In this document: piece after piece, positions 32,253 to 42,415 of the stretch
How the letters are laid out: every line of letters begins with the position of its first letter
Numbering within the stretch: position 1 is the stretch's first letter
Source: Emiliania huxleyi CCMP1516
Lineage: Eukaryota
Assembly: GCF_000372725.1 (NCBI RefSeq)
Contig: NW_005201493.1
Coordinates: 342,475 to 406,474 of the forward strand
Length of the DNA: 64,000 nt
Reading direction: 5' to 3'
Notes under the pieces: model-generated
What the model saw: only the letters and a program-made list of their open reading frames with translations
What the model was told of the DNA's origin: nothing
Databases searched by the model: none
Program-made: the position numbers and the translations under genes

Positions 32253-33977
32253 ATGCTTAAACCTACCATCGAGCGCTCAAGCTCGGTCGCATCGGTGCCG
32301 TCTCCGCTCCGGCCACGCCTCGAGCGCTCAAGCTTGGTCGCATCGGTGTCGTCGCCGCGCAGTTCGTGCTCACATGGCCGGGCCCTTCTGATCTCTGTCG
32401 TCGCCCTTCTGATCTCTGTTGTCGCCAACGCGGTGTTGGGCTGGGTGGTTCTCACGCTCGTACGCACAACGGCGCCACCCATCCCTCCTCCGCAGCAGCC
32501 GCGCCTCGCGGTGTCGCCGCAAGGCTCCACCGAACAACTGCCTCTGACTCCGCCACCACCACCGACTGTGCGGCAGTCAGCCGCCCGCCCTCTGCCGGCC
32601 AGCCCTCCGCTGCCGCCACCACCGCCACAGGAGATTCAGCGCCGCGAGAGGGAGAAGATTGACCCTCGGCTCGGACTCGGTCGTGCACGCCAGCATCGAC
32701 CTCGAGGGTCCGTCGCAGGGCGTGGCAGGATGTACGATATGCGGGACCGGGGTGCAGCCAACAACAGCATACATTTGTGGTTCCACCGACACGTGCATAA
32801 GACTGGAGGCACTACTGTGCGCGGCATCATGGCTTCGCTTAACAAACGTGGGGATGCCATAGTGCGGAGAGGGAACGCCCCCTGGTCGGCAGGACTCCGG
32901 CACGCGGTGTGCATCACCGGCTCCGAGCGGTCCTTCTCGGAGATCGGCCTGAACGTGAAGGCTGGGGTGGAGGACCTTCTCTCGACGCCCAACGGCACCA
33001 GTGTCTTTTTTGGCGTCCGGCCCGTGAATGAGAGCTGGACGCACCTTCGGCGGCTCCTTCCGCTGGCCGACGTGGAGCCACAGGGCAGCTGGTGCCGCGA
33101 AGCGCCCGTTGAGACGCCGAAATGGTACCAATGCTCCAACCGTGGCCGTGTCGACTGCCGTCGCAACTTTGTCCAGTCCCTCTGCGACCTGATGCACTGC
33201 GAGCACATGATCAGCGCACACGAGGTGCGCGAAGGACGCCCCTTCGACTCGGTCATGCGCGTGCGCCCTGACGCCATCTGGGAGTCACGCCTCGACTTCC
33301 CTTGGCCACTCGACAACCGCTCGGTCTACGTGCCCTACATGGAGGCCAGGGTCGGGCGGCCGCCGCGCTCGGGGGTCAACGATCACATGGCGCTGGGCGG
33401 CCGGCTGGCGATGCGCCTGTACCTCACTCGCATCCGCTACGCCACGATGAACGCCACGGAGATCCAGGCCGGGCTCCCGTTTGCATTTGCGCCGCCGGCC
33501 ACCTCTGAGCTCTTTCTGCGCGCAACCTTGCAGCGCGACCACGTCGTGGTCAAGCCGCTCGGGGGCTGGGCCTACTGCATGCTGACCAAAAACTCGCTCA
33601 TGCTGCAGGGCAAGCACTCATGCGTCAAACGCTGGCAGAGGAGCCAGCGGTGCGGCAGCTTGGAGTGCCCGGTGGTGCTCAACGGGTGCTTTTGCCACAA
33701 CGCGACGTGCAGCAGCCTCGCAGCCAACCGCAAGCTAAAAGACCCCGCTGGGTGCTCGGACGTCGAGGGCAGACAGCTCCTACCCGACCTGCTAAACATG
33801 TCGACGCGCTCGTCAAGCCCGCCCAGGGGCAACCACTCGTCGCCTCGTGGCGGCCACCGCCACCATCAGCACAAGGAGCCGGTGGCATCTGCAGGCGCGG
33901 CGACCCGCGCGGGGAGCGCGGCAGAGAGAGGCTCGCCACGGTCGAGGCCAGGCTGGAAGCCATGGAAGCCAGGCTGA
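32253..33977 (+). CDS. Type II membrane protein: sulfotransferase N-terminal motif joined to a glycosyltransferase-like domain
   Basis: Signal anchor LLISVVALLISVVANAVLGWVVL; Pro-rich stem; HRHVHKTGGTT; then AVCITGSERSF...FDSVMRVRPD...NDHMALG. Confidence 0.7.
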   Translation: MLKPTIERSSSVASVPSPLRPRLERSSLVASVSSPRSSCSHGRALLISVVALLISVVANAVLGWVVLTLVRTTAPPIPPPQQPRLAVSPQGSTEQLPLTPPPPPTVRQSAARPLPASPPLPPPPPQEIQRREREKIDPRLGLGRARQHRPRGSVAGRGRMYDMRDRGAANNSIHLWFHRHVHKTGGTTVRGIMASLNKRGDAIVRRGNAPWSAGLRHAVCITGSERSFSEIGLNVKAGVEDLLSTPNGTSVFFGVRPVNESWTHLRRLLPLADVEPQGSWCREAPVETPKWYQCSNRGRVDCRRNFVQSLCDLMHCEHMISAHEVREGRPFDSVMRVRPDAIWESRLDFPWPLDNRSVYVPYMEARVGRPPRSGVNDHMALGGRLAMRLYLTRIRYATMNATEIQAGLPFAFAPPATSELFLRATLQRDHVVVKPLGGWAYCMLTKNSLMLQGKHSCVKRWQRSQRCGSLECPVVLNGCFCHNATCSSLAANRKLKDPAGCSDVEGRQLLPDLLNMSTRSSSPPRGNHSSPRGGHRHHQHKEPVASAGAATRAGSAAERGSPRSRPGWKPWKPG

Positions 33978-34629
33978 AGAAGGCAGGGATCTGAACGGGT
34001 CCTGTGCTGCGGAGCGTGGTTTAGTTATGAGTCTCCGGCACGCGACATCTGAATGTCAGCTCTCCATGGACTCGGCGCCTTCGTTCTTCGCCCCCTCTCT
34101 CAGCTTCCCATGTCAGCGGGCACTTTCCCGCCCTCCCTGCCCAGTGCATATGCGCAATCACGGGTGCCACGCCTTCCACCACCGTGGCATGGGGAGAATC
34201 AAACACTCCTCTTTGCATTGAGCGACCAGAACTGATATATGTGATGGACGTTGCGGGTGCATAGAGTGTGAGTGTGTGTGTGTGTTGGAGTCCCAACACA
34301 GGACTTCCATCCAGACTGCCACGTCAACTGAGCTCCAGCTCACCGTAGGTGTGGTGGTGTTCAGAGTGTGGTGAGTCGAGAGAGAGAGAGAAGCGTGCGT
34401 GTGTGTGAGAGGCGTGCCCGCCGGTCACGACGGACGCCAGGAGACTATGTGCGCTGCGCGCATCTCCTGCGCACCTTGTCGTGGCGGGCATCTCCCTCGC
34501 TGCTGTTTCTTTGTGCTCCCGCCCGGCCCTTCCCTGGACGTTGCGGGTGCATAGAGTGTGAGTGTGTGTGTGTGTTGGAGTCCCAACACAGGACTTCCAT
34601 CCAGACTGCCACGTCAACTGAGCGTCGTC

Positions 34630-35282
34630 CACAGGACGCGCAGCAGGGCTGGGTGAGCCAGGAACTGCCTCGCATCACGGAACTAAGGACCCTGCCGTCG
34701 GCGAGGGTCTTCTTGACAACACTTGTCCGGTCGCCCTTCTCGCACTCACTCTCGGCTTGGATGTGGGGTGGCAAGCCATCTTGCGGCAGATTCAACCGCA
34801 CCATCGAATACTGGCTTCCGTACAACATGCAGTCTAACCAGCTGCTGCACGGCGACTTTGACCACTTCATGATGGGAAATAAGGAACCAATGGGCAAGCG
34901 GTACCGCGCCTTCGGCGAGGCGGAGTTCAACCGCACGCTCGATGTCGTGCGGCGCTTCGATCTAGTGTGCACGACGGAGGAGCTCGCGCCCTGCATGGAG
35001 CGGCTGCTGCAGGAGCTCGGTCTGCCATTGGTCAAGATTGGCCACACTGCGCCCGCGCACAACCGGATGGGCGGGCTGCCTGCAAACGAGTCCAAGGTCG
35101 TGCAGGAAGAGTGTACCGCCAAGGGGCTGGACTGCGCCGCGATTGTGGCAGAGCGGACCCGATACGACGCGAAGTTGTATGCCCGCGCGCTGGGTCTGTG
35201 GTCCGTTGCGCGCACCGCGCCTGTGAGGGCGTCCGCGAGCGCAACGATGCCGGACGCATCGTACTCACCATCACCGTCCTAG
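34630..35282 (+). CDS. C-terminal half of a Golgi-type sulfotransferase-like domain
   Basis: FLTTLVRSPFSHSLSAW (3'-phosphate-binding-like), FDLVCTTEEL, RTRYDAKLYARA. Confidence 0.65.
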
Positions 35283-35664
35283 GCACTCGTTTTAGATCTA
35301 AAACATTCCCTTTCTTTTTTTGACGATACCCTCATCGCGGTCCGCTGGATATGCTGGACACACACAGCGTCGATGTCTGCGCACCCGCGTGCCGATAAAG
35401 CCGTAGGCGGCACACGCAACCGAGAGAGGCCCTTTCACGCCGCCAGTAGCGTTCCGCACTCACGCCACCAATTGCCGCCTCAGGGCGCCAGCCACCTCTT
35501 ACACGCGGCCGGCGCCCTCTCGCGGTAAAAGGGTCGAGCGAGCGGGCAGAGTTGCGATGTCTGCGCAGCACCCGCGTGCCGATAGGCGGCACACGCAACC
35601 GAGAGAGGCCGTTTCACGCCGCCAGTACACAAAGAAAATTGTAATTGGGCCCTCGGGGCGGCCT

Positions 35665-35698
<34 letters not shown>

Positions 35699-36233
35699 GA
35701 CGCGATACTATCACAGGCACACCACCGGAGCCGCCTAAGCGACTCCGTTAAGAACGGCAATGCACTTAGCACCGTGCACAATGCCGCTGTCCCCGCACGC
35801 TAGCTCGTTCACCGTCTGCCACGCCACGGCGGTGTGGAGAAGAAGAATTTTACAACCGAAAAATATATTCTCAAAGCCAGTCAGAGCACCGTCCAAAGGC
35901 GGGTGCTGTCGACTAAGGGACAATCTTGTCTGTCGGCAGCCGAACTTGTGATGGGACACCCTCGGAATCCAACTGCGTACTACTTGGCTAGCACGACGGC
36001 TAAGGCCGAAATCGGTTCACACCTGCTCTTGCAGGTGTGAACACAAAGGATTCGCTGTATCTACTCAGCTGCTCCGCTTACACTTACCTGTGAAGTGTGA
36101 ACAGCGGATTTTGAATCAGCGTTCTCCTTGAACGATATCGGTGTCGAAACACCGCTCTGACAGCGCTCACAGCTGCGCAGATTATCCCTAGAGGACTAGT
36201 GGCAAGCGAGACGCGATTGTGTGCTCTTTGCAG

Positions 36234-37447
36234 GTGCTCGAGCCGCCAAGCATGGCGCATGCTATCTCAACTACGCGGGCGCGTATAATGCGGTCAAAGC
36301 TCAAACGACCGATAAAGCCGACAGACGACGAGTCGACAGCTGCAAAGCAGGGCGAGGCTGCGAAAGCGTCCGAGAGTGAGTCTGACCCGGAGTCCGACTC
36401 CTCCAACGGCGAGCGCGAAGAACTGCCGCCGCCGGCGCCACCAGGTGGGCCCCGCTTGAGTCCGTCGGAGAAGGCGGCTGCGGACAAGGTGGCTGTGGAC
36501 AAGGCGGCTGCGGACAAGGCGGCTGCTAAGAAGGCGAATGCCGACAGGGTAGCTGCACTGCTGGCGGCTGCCGAGAAGACGGCTGCTAAGAAGGCGAATG
36601 CCGACAGGGTAGCTGCACTGCTGGCGGCTGCCGAGAAGACGGCTGCGGACAAGGCGGCTGCGGAGGCGGCTGCTGACAGGGCAGCTGCGCTCCTGGCGAG
36701 TGCGGAGAAGGCCGCGGCGATTGAGGCTGCGGGCGAGGAGGCTACCGCCGGTGTGGCCGCACGGATGGGCAAGCAGCACACGGCACACGCGCCCTCCGAC
36801 CGCGCCACGCCGATCTCGACGCCGCCGCCCGCCCTCGAGGTGTGGCGCGCGCGCGAGGCGGCGGGCGCGCTCTCAGCGTGGCAGCTGCAGCAGGAAGTGC
36901 TGCGCGCCGCCGGCGAGGGCGGCCGTGACGAGATGGCGGCTGTGGAGGGCCTTGCCGGCTCCAGCGGCGGTGCGGCGGCGGCGGCGATCAGGCCTGACGT
37001 GGCCGTGCTGCTGCGGCGGCTCGCCGCGGTGAGCACAGATGAGACGCTCGGCCAGACGCTCCGGCTCCTCCTGCACGCGACCGAGCCGGCGGGCGGTGGA
37101 GCGCTTGTCACGCCGCCCGCACCGCCGTCACACGCGTCGCCGCCGCCAGGCAGCGGCAGAAGCGCCCTCCCGCCGTATCTCGCGCCGCCGCCGCCGGGCC
37201 GTGTGAGCTCCGCCGCCGCCGTCTCGGCCGAGGCGACGCCGCCCGTGGCCCTGTTCACGATTGAGAGTAGCGAGGCGCCGCCGCCGTCCGCGCCGCCACC
37301 GCCGCCGAGTGGAGCGCCGCCGCCGCCGCCGCCGCCGCCGCCAATTGGAGCCCCGCCGCCACCTGCACCGCCACCACCGCCGCCGATTGGCGCGCCGCCG
37401 CCGCCGGCGCCCCTCGCCGCCGGCGCCCCGAATGGTGGCGGCGGCGG

Positions 37448-37482
<35 letters not shown>

Positions 37483-38780
37483 TCGCCAAGGCGAGCGTGC
37501 CGATGCGACCCGTGCACTGGGAGAAGCTGGTGGGTGCGCAGCTCGGCTCGTCCGTCTGGGCGAGCGTCGCGCTCGACGCGGTGCCGATTGACCTCGCGCA
37601 GACGGAGGCGCTGTTCGCGGTGCCCAAGCCGGCGCCCAAGCCTAACCACGGTGCTGACGGCGGCGGGGGCGGCGGCGCGGCGCGTGGGAGTGCAGCGGCA
37701 GTGGCGGGCGGCGGCGGCGTGGGCGGCGGCGGCGTGCCAGCGGCGGCGCCGCTGCACGTGCTCTCGGTCCAGCGCGCGACCAACGTGGGCATCTTCCTGC
37801 GCAAGACGTCGAAGCTGCTCTCGCTCGAGCGGTTGTGCGCGGCGATCGTCTCGCTCGAGGCCAGCGTGCTCGAGCCCGAGCTACTCGACTCGGTCTTGTG
37901 CAACCTGCCCGCCAAGACTTGGGCAGAGGAGGCCAAGGCGTTGCGTGCGCTCAAGCACGTGCCGCCGTCGAGCCTCGCCGCGCCCGAGCGCTTCTGCTTC
38001 GAGATGGCGCGGCTGCCACGGCTGCGGCCGATGCTGCACGCGCTGCGGCAGAAGCACACGCTGCCGCAGGCCCTCGAGCGCGCCACCGCAGCGCTCGCGA
38101 CCGTCGCCACCGCCGCGCGCCAGCTGATGGACTCACCGAGCCTGCGGCTGCTGCTCGGCTCGGTGCTGGCGCACGGCAACTACCTGAACGCGGGCACAAG
38201 GCGCGGCGGTGCGCGCGGTGTCAAGCTCGAAGCGCTCGAGAAGGCGCGCGGCGTCAAGTCCGCCGACGGCCAGCACACGCTCCTCGAGCACGCCTGCGCC
38301 ACCTGCGGGCTGTGGCGGCACACGCTCACGTCCGAGCTCGGCGGCGTGCGTGCCGCGTGCAAGAAGTCGTGCAAGCTGCCGCTGCTCGATGTGATCCGCA
38401 TCACCATCCAGGAGCTCGAGGAGGGCGTCAACAGCGTCGCCCAGGAGATCGCGCTCTGCCCTGACCTCGACGCAGACGTCGCCGCCGACGCGTCCGCGCC
38501 GCCGCCGAAGCGTGACGGTGGTGAGCCAAGCGAGGAGGAGCGGCAGGTCGCGCTGCGCTTCCGCAGCGCGATGGCTCCATTCCACACCGACATGCGCCGC
38601 GGCCTCGACGCGCTCACCGCACACCGCGACGAGACCAAGACGCTGCTCAAGCGCCTCGCCGCCTGGCTGGGCGAGGACCCCAACCGGGCCAACCCTAACA
38701 GCATCCTCAAGGTGTGCGCGGACCTCATCGACACGGCGATCGCGTGCGCGCGCGTGTCTGCGGAGGAGCATAAAGAGTAA
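36234..38780 (+). CDS. Formin (FH1 poly-Pro plus FH2); upstream exon(s) not resolved
   Basis: Poly-Pro tract then MRPVHWEKL, SSVW, LSVQRATNVGIFL, LAHGNYLNAGTRRGGARGVKL, TLLEH, WLGEDP. Confidence 0.9.
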
Positions 38781-38825
38781 GCTCGCATGTCGACGGTCTC
38801 GTCAAGAAGATCGTTGGTGTTGGAA

Positions 38826-38866
<41 letters not shown>

Positions 38867-38949
38867 CACCACACACCTGCACGCGCCTGCTAATCCTGTG
38901 CCAAAGATCAAGGGCGCCTCGATGGGCATCGGCATCAAACGCTTGCCAT

Positions 38950-39480
38950 GAGCTCGGTGCGCGTCGCACGTCGCTCCTCGCACTCGTCCTCGCCGCCGAC
39001 GACGCCTCGAGGATGGGGGACCTCGTCGCCGAGCTCGCCCACACGTGTGCGCAGGGCTGCCAAAGTGCCGATGGCAGAGGCGGTGCTCCTCGTCAACGAG
39101 GCGAGCGCCTGCGCGCGTGCCATCGAGCAGGAGCTCGCGCTCTGCCCCCTTCCCAGACATTGGTGACGACCTCGCGACTGACGCCGGCGCCGACGCCGGC
39201 GCCGACGCGGGCGGCGGCGCGGGCGGCGGCGACGCCGGCGCACAGGCCGCGGCGGCGCTGCCGCTCGAGCAGCAGCTCGCGCTTCCGTAGAGCGGCAGGC
39301 GCCGGGCACGCCGCCGTTGCCGCTGGCCTCGCCGCGCGACGAGAAGCAGGAGGAGGTGAAGACGACACTCCGCCGCCTCGCCGAATTGTCGGCGAGGACC
39401 CAAGCAAGGCTGACCCCGACGCGATCTTCCGCGCCGCCCGGCAGCTCCTCGACGATGCATCCGCGCAGGATCCGTGTTTA
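38950..39480 (+). pseudogene. Degenerate second copy of the FH2 C-terminal region
   Basis: TSLLALV..., AAKVPMAEA...RAIEQELALCP and IVGEDPSKADPDAIFRAARQLLD echo VAQEIALCP and LGEDPNRANPNSILKVCADLID of the upstream gene; frames are broken. Confidence 0.6.
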
Positions 39481-39725
39481 TTAGGTAGACCCGTGTTTGT
39501 TAGGTAGACCTCCTTTCGGCAATTTTGGCTTCGCTGCGCTGCCTGGGGAGAGGTAAGTAGAGTAGAGGTACAGGTAGCCGTGTGTATGTGTCCGGCATGA
39601 AAGAAGAAAAAGCGAAGGAGATTTTTGGGATCTTCTTGTGGGAGGGTCCTCTCAGACCGCGAGTTAGTTATGTCGCCCGAAGTTGGTTACACCGTGCGTC
39701 CCCGAAACCGCAACGCCACGGTCAT

Positions 39726-41111
39726 ATGGAGCTCGACCCGGCCGCCCTGATCGAGCGGCTGGCCGAGCTTGATCGCGTCCTTGACAACCAAAGCACTGCT
39801 GCGCGGCAGTACGTCTCCCAGCGCAACCGGGCAGCAGGCGATGCCGTGCGCGCCGAGAAGGACATGCGCCGCCGCCGCGATGTCGCCCGCTCGGGTGTCA
39901 GGCCAGCAGATGCCGCCGAGATGGCTGAGCTGTCCGCGATCCTGCGAGACGCGCACCGCGCGACGTCGCCGCCGTGGGAGTCGCCCTCGTGGTTCAAGCT
40001 TTTCCGCCGCGTGGACGTGAATGGGTCTGGCCTGATCTCTTTTGACGAGTTTGCAAAGATGGTGCGGAGCCTGCTGAAGCTCCCAACGTCCCTGCTCTCC
40101 GAGTCGCGCCTCGAGGCGCTCTGGCTCGCCCTCGACGCGGACGGCTCCGGCTTGATCAGTAGCGGCGAGTTTGGAAAGCTCATGCGCATCGGAGCGCCGA
40201 CGCCGGACTCTGCATCGGCATCAAGGCATTTTGTGTACGGGCGCAACCGGGCAGCGGGCGATGCCGTGCGCGCCGAGAAGGACATGCGCCGCCGCCGCGA
40301 TGTCGCCCGCTCGGGTGTCAGGCCAGCAGACGCAGCCGAGATGGCTGAGCTGTCCGCGATCCTGCGAGACGCGCACCGCGCGACGTCGCCGCCGTGGGAG
40401 TCGCCCTCGTGGTTCAAGCTTTTCCGCCGCGTGGACGTGAATGGGTCTGGCCTGATCTCTTTTGACGAGTTTGCAAAGATGGTGCGGAGCCTGCTGAAGC
40501 TCCCAACGTCCCTGCTCTCCGAGTCGCGCCTCGAGGCGCTCTGGCTCGCCCTCGACGCGGACGGCTCCGGCCTGATTAGTAGCGGCGAGTTTGGAAAGCT
40601 CATGCGCATCGGAGCGCCGACGCCGGACTCTGCATCGGCATCAAGGCATTTTGTGTACGGGCGCAACCGGGCAGCGGGCGATGCCGTGCGCGCCGAGAAG
40701 GACATGCGCCGCCGCCGCGATGTCGCCCGCTCGGGTGTCAGGCCAGCAGACGCAGCCGAGATGGCTGAGCTGTCCGCGATCCTGCGAGACGCGCACCGCG
40801 CGACGTCGCCGCCGTGGGAGTCGCCCTCGTGGTTCAAGCTTTTCCGCCGCGTGGACGTGAATGGGTCTGGCCTGATCTCTTTTGACGAGTTTGCAAAGAT
40901 GGTGCGGAGCCTGCTGAAGCTCCCAACGTCCCTGTTGTCCGAGTCGCGCCTCGAGGCGCTCTGGCTAGCCCTCGACGCGGATGGCTCTGGCCTGATTAGT
41001 AGCGGTGAGTTTGGAGCCTTCTTCAAGCTGTCGTTGCTCGAGAGCAGGAGCGAGCGCGCCAGTATCGCCCGACTGCTGAGGTCGCGGCATTGTGGCGGTG
41101 TGGTAGTGTGA
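39726..41111 (+). CDS. EF-hand calcium-binding protein built from three 140-aa tandem units (six EF-hand loops)
   Basis: DVNGSGLISFDEF and DADGSGLISSGEF each occur three times; 420-bp DNA units start near 39821, 40241 and 40661. Confidence 0.9.
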   Translation: MELDPAALIERLAELDRVLDNQSTAARQYVSQRNRAAGDAVRAEKDMRRRRDVARSGVRPADAAEMAELSAILRDAHRATSPPWESPSWFKLFRRVDVNGSGLISFDEFAKMVRSLLKLPTSLLSESRLEALWLALDADGSGLISSGEFGKLMRIGAPTPDSASASRHFVYGRNRAAGDAVRAEKDMRRRRDVARSGVRPADAAEMAELSAILRDAHRATSPPWESPSWFKLFRRVDVNGSGLISFDEFAKMVRSLLKLPTSLLSESRLEALWLALDADGSGLISSGEFGKLMRIGAPTPDSASASRHFVYGRNRAAGDAVRAEKDMRRRRDVARSGVRPADAAEMAELSAILRDAHRATSPPWESPSWFKLFRRVDVNGSGLISFDEFAKMVRSLLKLPTSLLSESRLEALWLALDADGSGLISSGEFGAFFKLSLLESRSERASIARLLRSRHCGGVVV

Positions 41112-41167
41112 GCTGGAGAGCTCAGCATCAGTCGGTTTTGACGCACGTGATGCTCGCACCTCGCAGA

Positions 41168-41702
41168 TAAGGTAAGGTAAGGTAAATTTCTCCACACACA
41201 CAAAGTGTGGTGGGGCAAGGGGGGGCGACCCTCGCATCTCCACACCCGGACACGGGTAGGATCCCCACGGCATTCAAAGTGCAAGCACTGGCCCGGTGCA
41301 CGTGGGTGAGCAGCCCGGTAGGTAGTATCGAAGCGATCGAGGGGTCCCGTACCATGTGCGGAATCGACCCAATCCAGTGCTCAAGTGCCAGTATCGAAGG
41401 TGGGGAATGAAGAACAGCCAAGGCTCGGGCTGGACTCTGGACACCAGCGCGGTATGGGTGGACGCAGGACGGCAGCTTCCGCCTCGGCTCTCGACACTAG
41501 AGATCCCTTACCTAGTGTTCACCCGCTCTCTTGGCTTTTTGATCTCTTTTTTTTGCGCTCACGTCGACCCGCTTTTGCTGCCTAAGGTAAGGTAAGGTAA
41601 GGTAAACTTTTCCACACACACGTGAGGTGGTGGGGCAAGGGGGGGCAACTCCCTCGCGTCTCCACGTCCAACGATAGGAGCCCCACGGCATTCAAAGTGC
41701 GG
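41168..41702 (+). repeat. Cluster of dispersed repeats, including a ~120-bp direct pair
   Basis: (taagg)3taaa...gtggtggggcaagggggg...ccccacggcattcaaagtgc at ~41168-41283 and ~41583-41700. 41335-41405 also matches 48878-48943. Confidence 0.8.
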
Positions 41703-41728
41703 GCAAGGCCCGGTGCGCGTGTGTGAGC

Positions 41729-41895
<167 letters not shown>

Positions 41896-42415
41896 GCCTG
41901 TGCGGGCCACTCGTCCGTCGTCCTCCTCCGCGCCCTTTTTGCTGCCTCGTCTGGAGTGCAGACTGTTCTTCATCGAGTTCTTCACACCCTGCTCTCTAAC
42001 TACCTTCCAGCACATACACGTGTCAGTCGCCACGCATCCTCTTCTCTGATTCGACTTTTTACTTCAAACGAAGAGAGTGGCACGCGCCGCAGCGTGGTGC
42101 ATGCCACTGCCGCTGCTGCATGTCTCATGGTCCACGCCGCACTGTCACCGGCACCGATCGGTCCGCCCGGCTTGCTCCTCGAGAAACGACGGCGGGTCAT
42201 AGAGACGAGTCTCTCTGAGAGGAGAGGGCTCACACGGCGGCTCCAGCGCACAGGTCGGGCTCGATCTCCTGCCAGCTGAGGTCGTGTGAGCAGGGGCTCG
42301 GCAGCAGCTGCGGGCTGGCCAGCTGCCGTGGGCTCGCGCCTAGGCTCGCGCCATCGCCTTTTGCGCCCGCCGTCGGCGTCGCGGCCCAAAACCTCAAAAC
42401 CCCTCTAAATTGAAA

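Noticed and set aside
35380..35627. ~65-bp imperfect direct repeat pair (35380-35450, 35567-35627)
   Set aside because: Local duplication with no termini, TSD or coding signal.
36188..41284. Long antisense ORFs over the formin and EF-hand genes (and over the chitinase)
   Set aside because: Expected shadows of GC-rich codon usage; no motifs.
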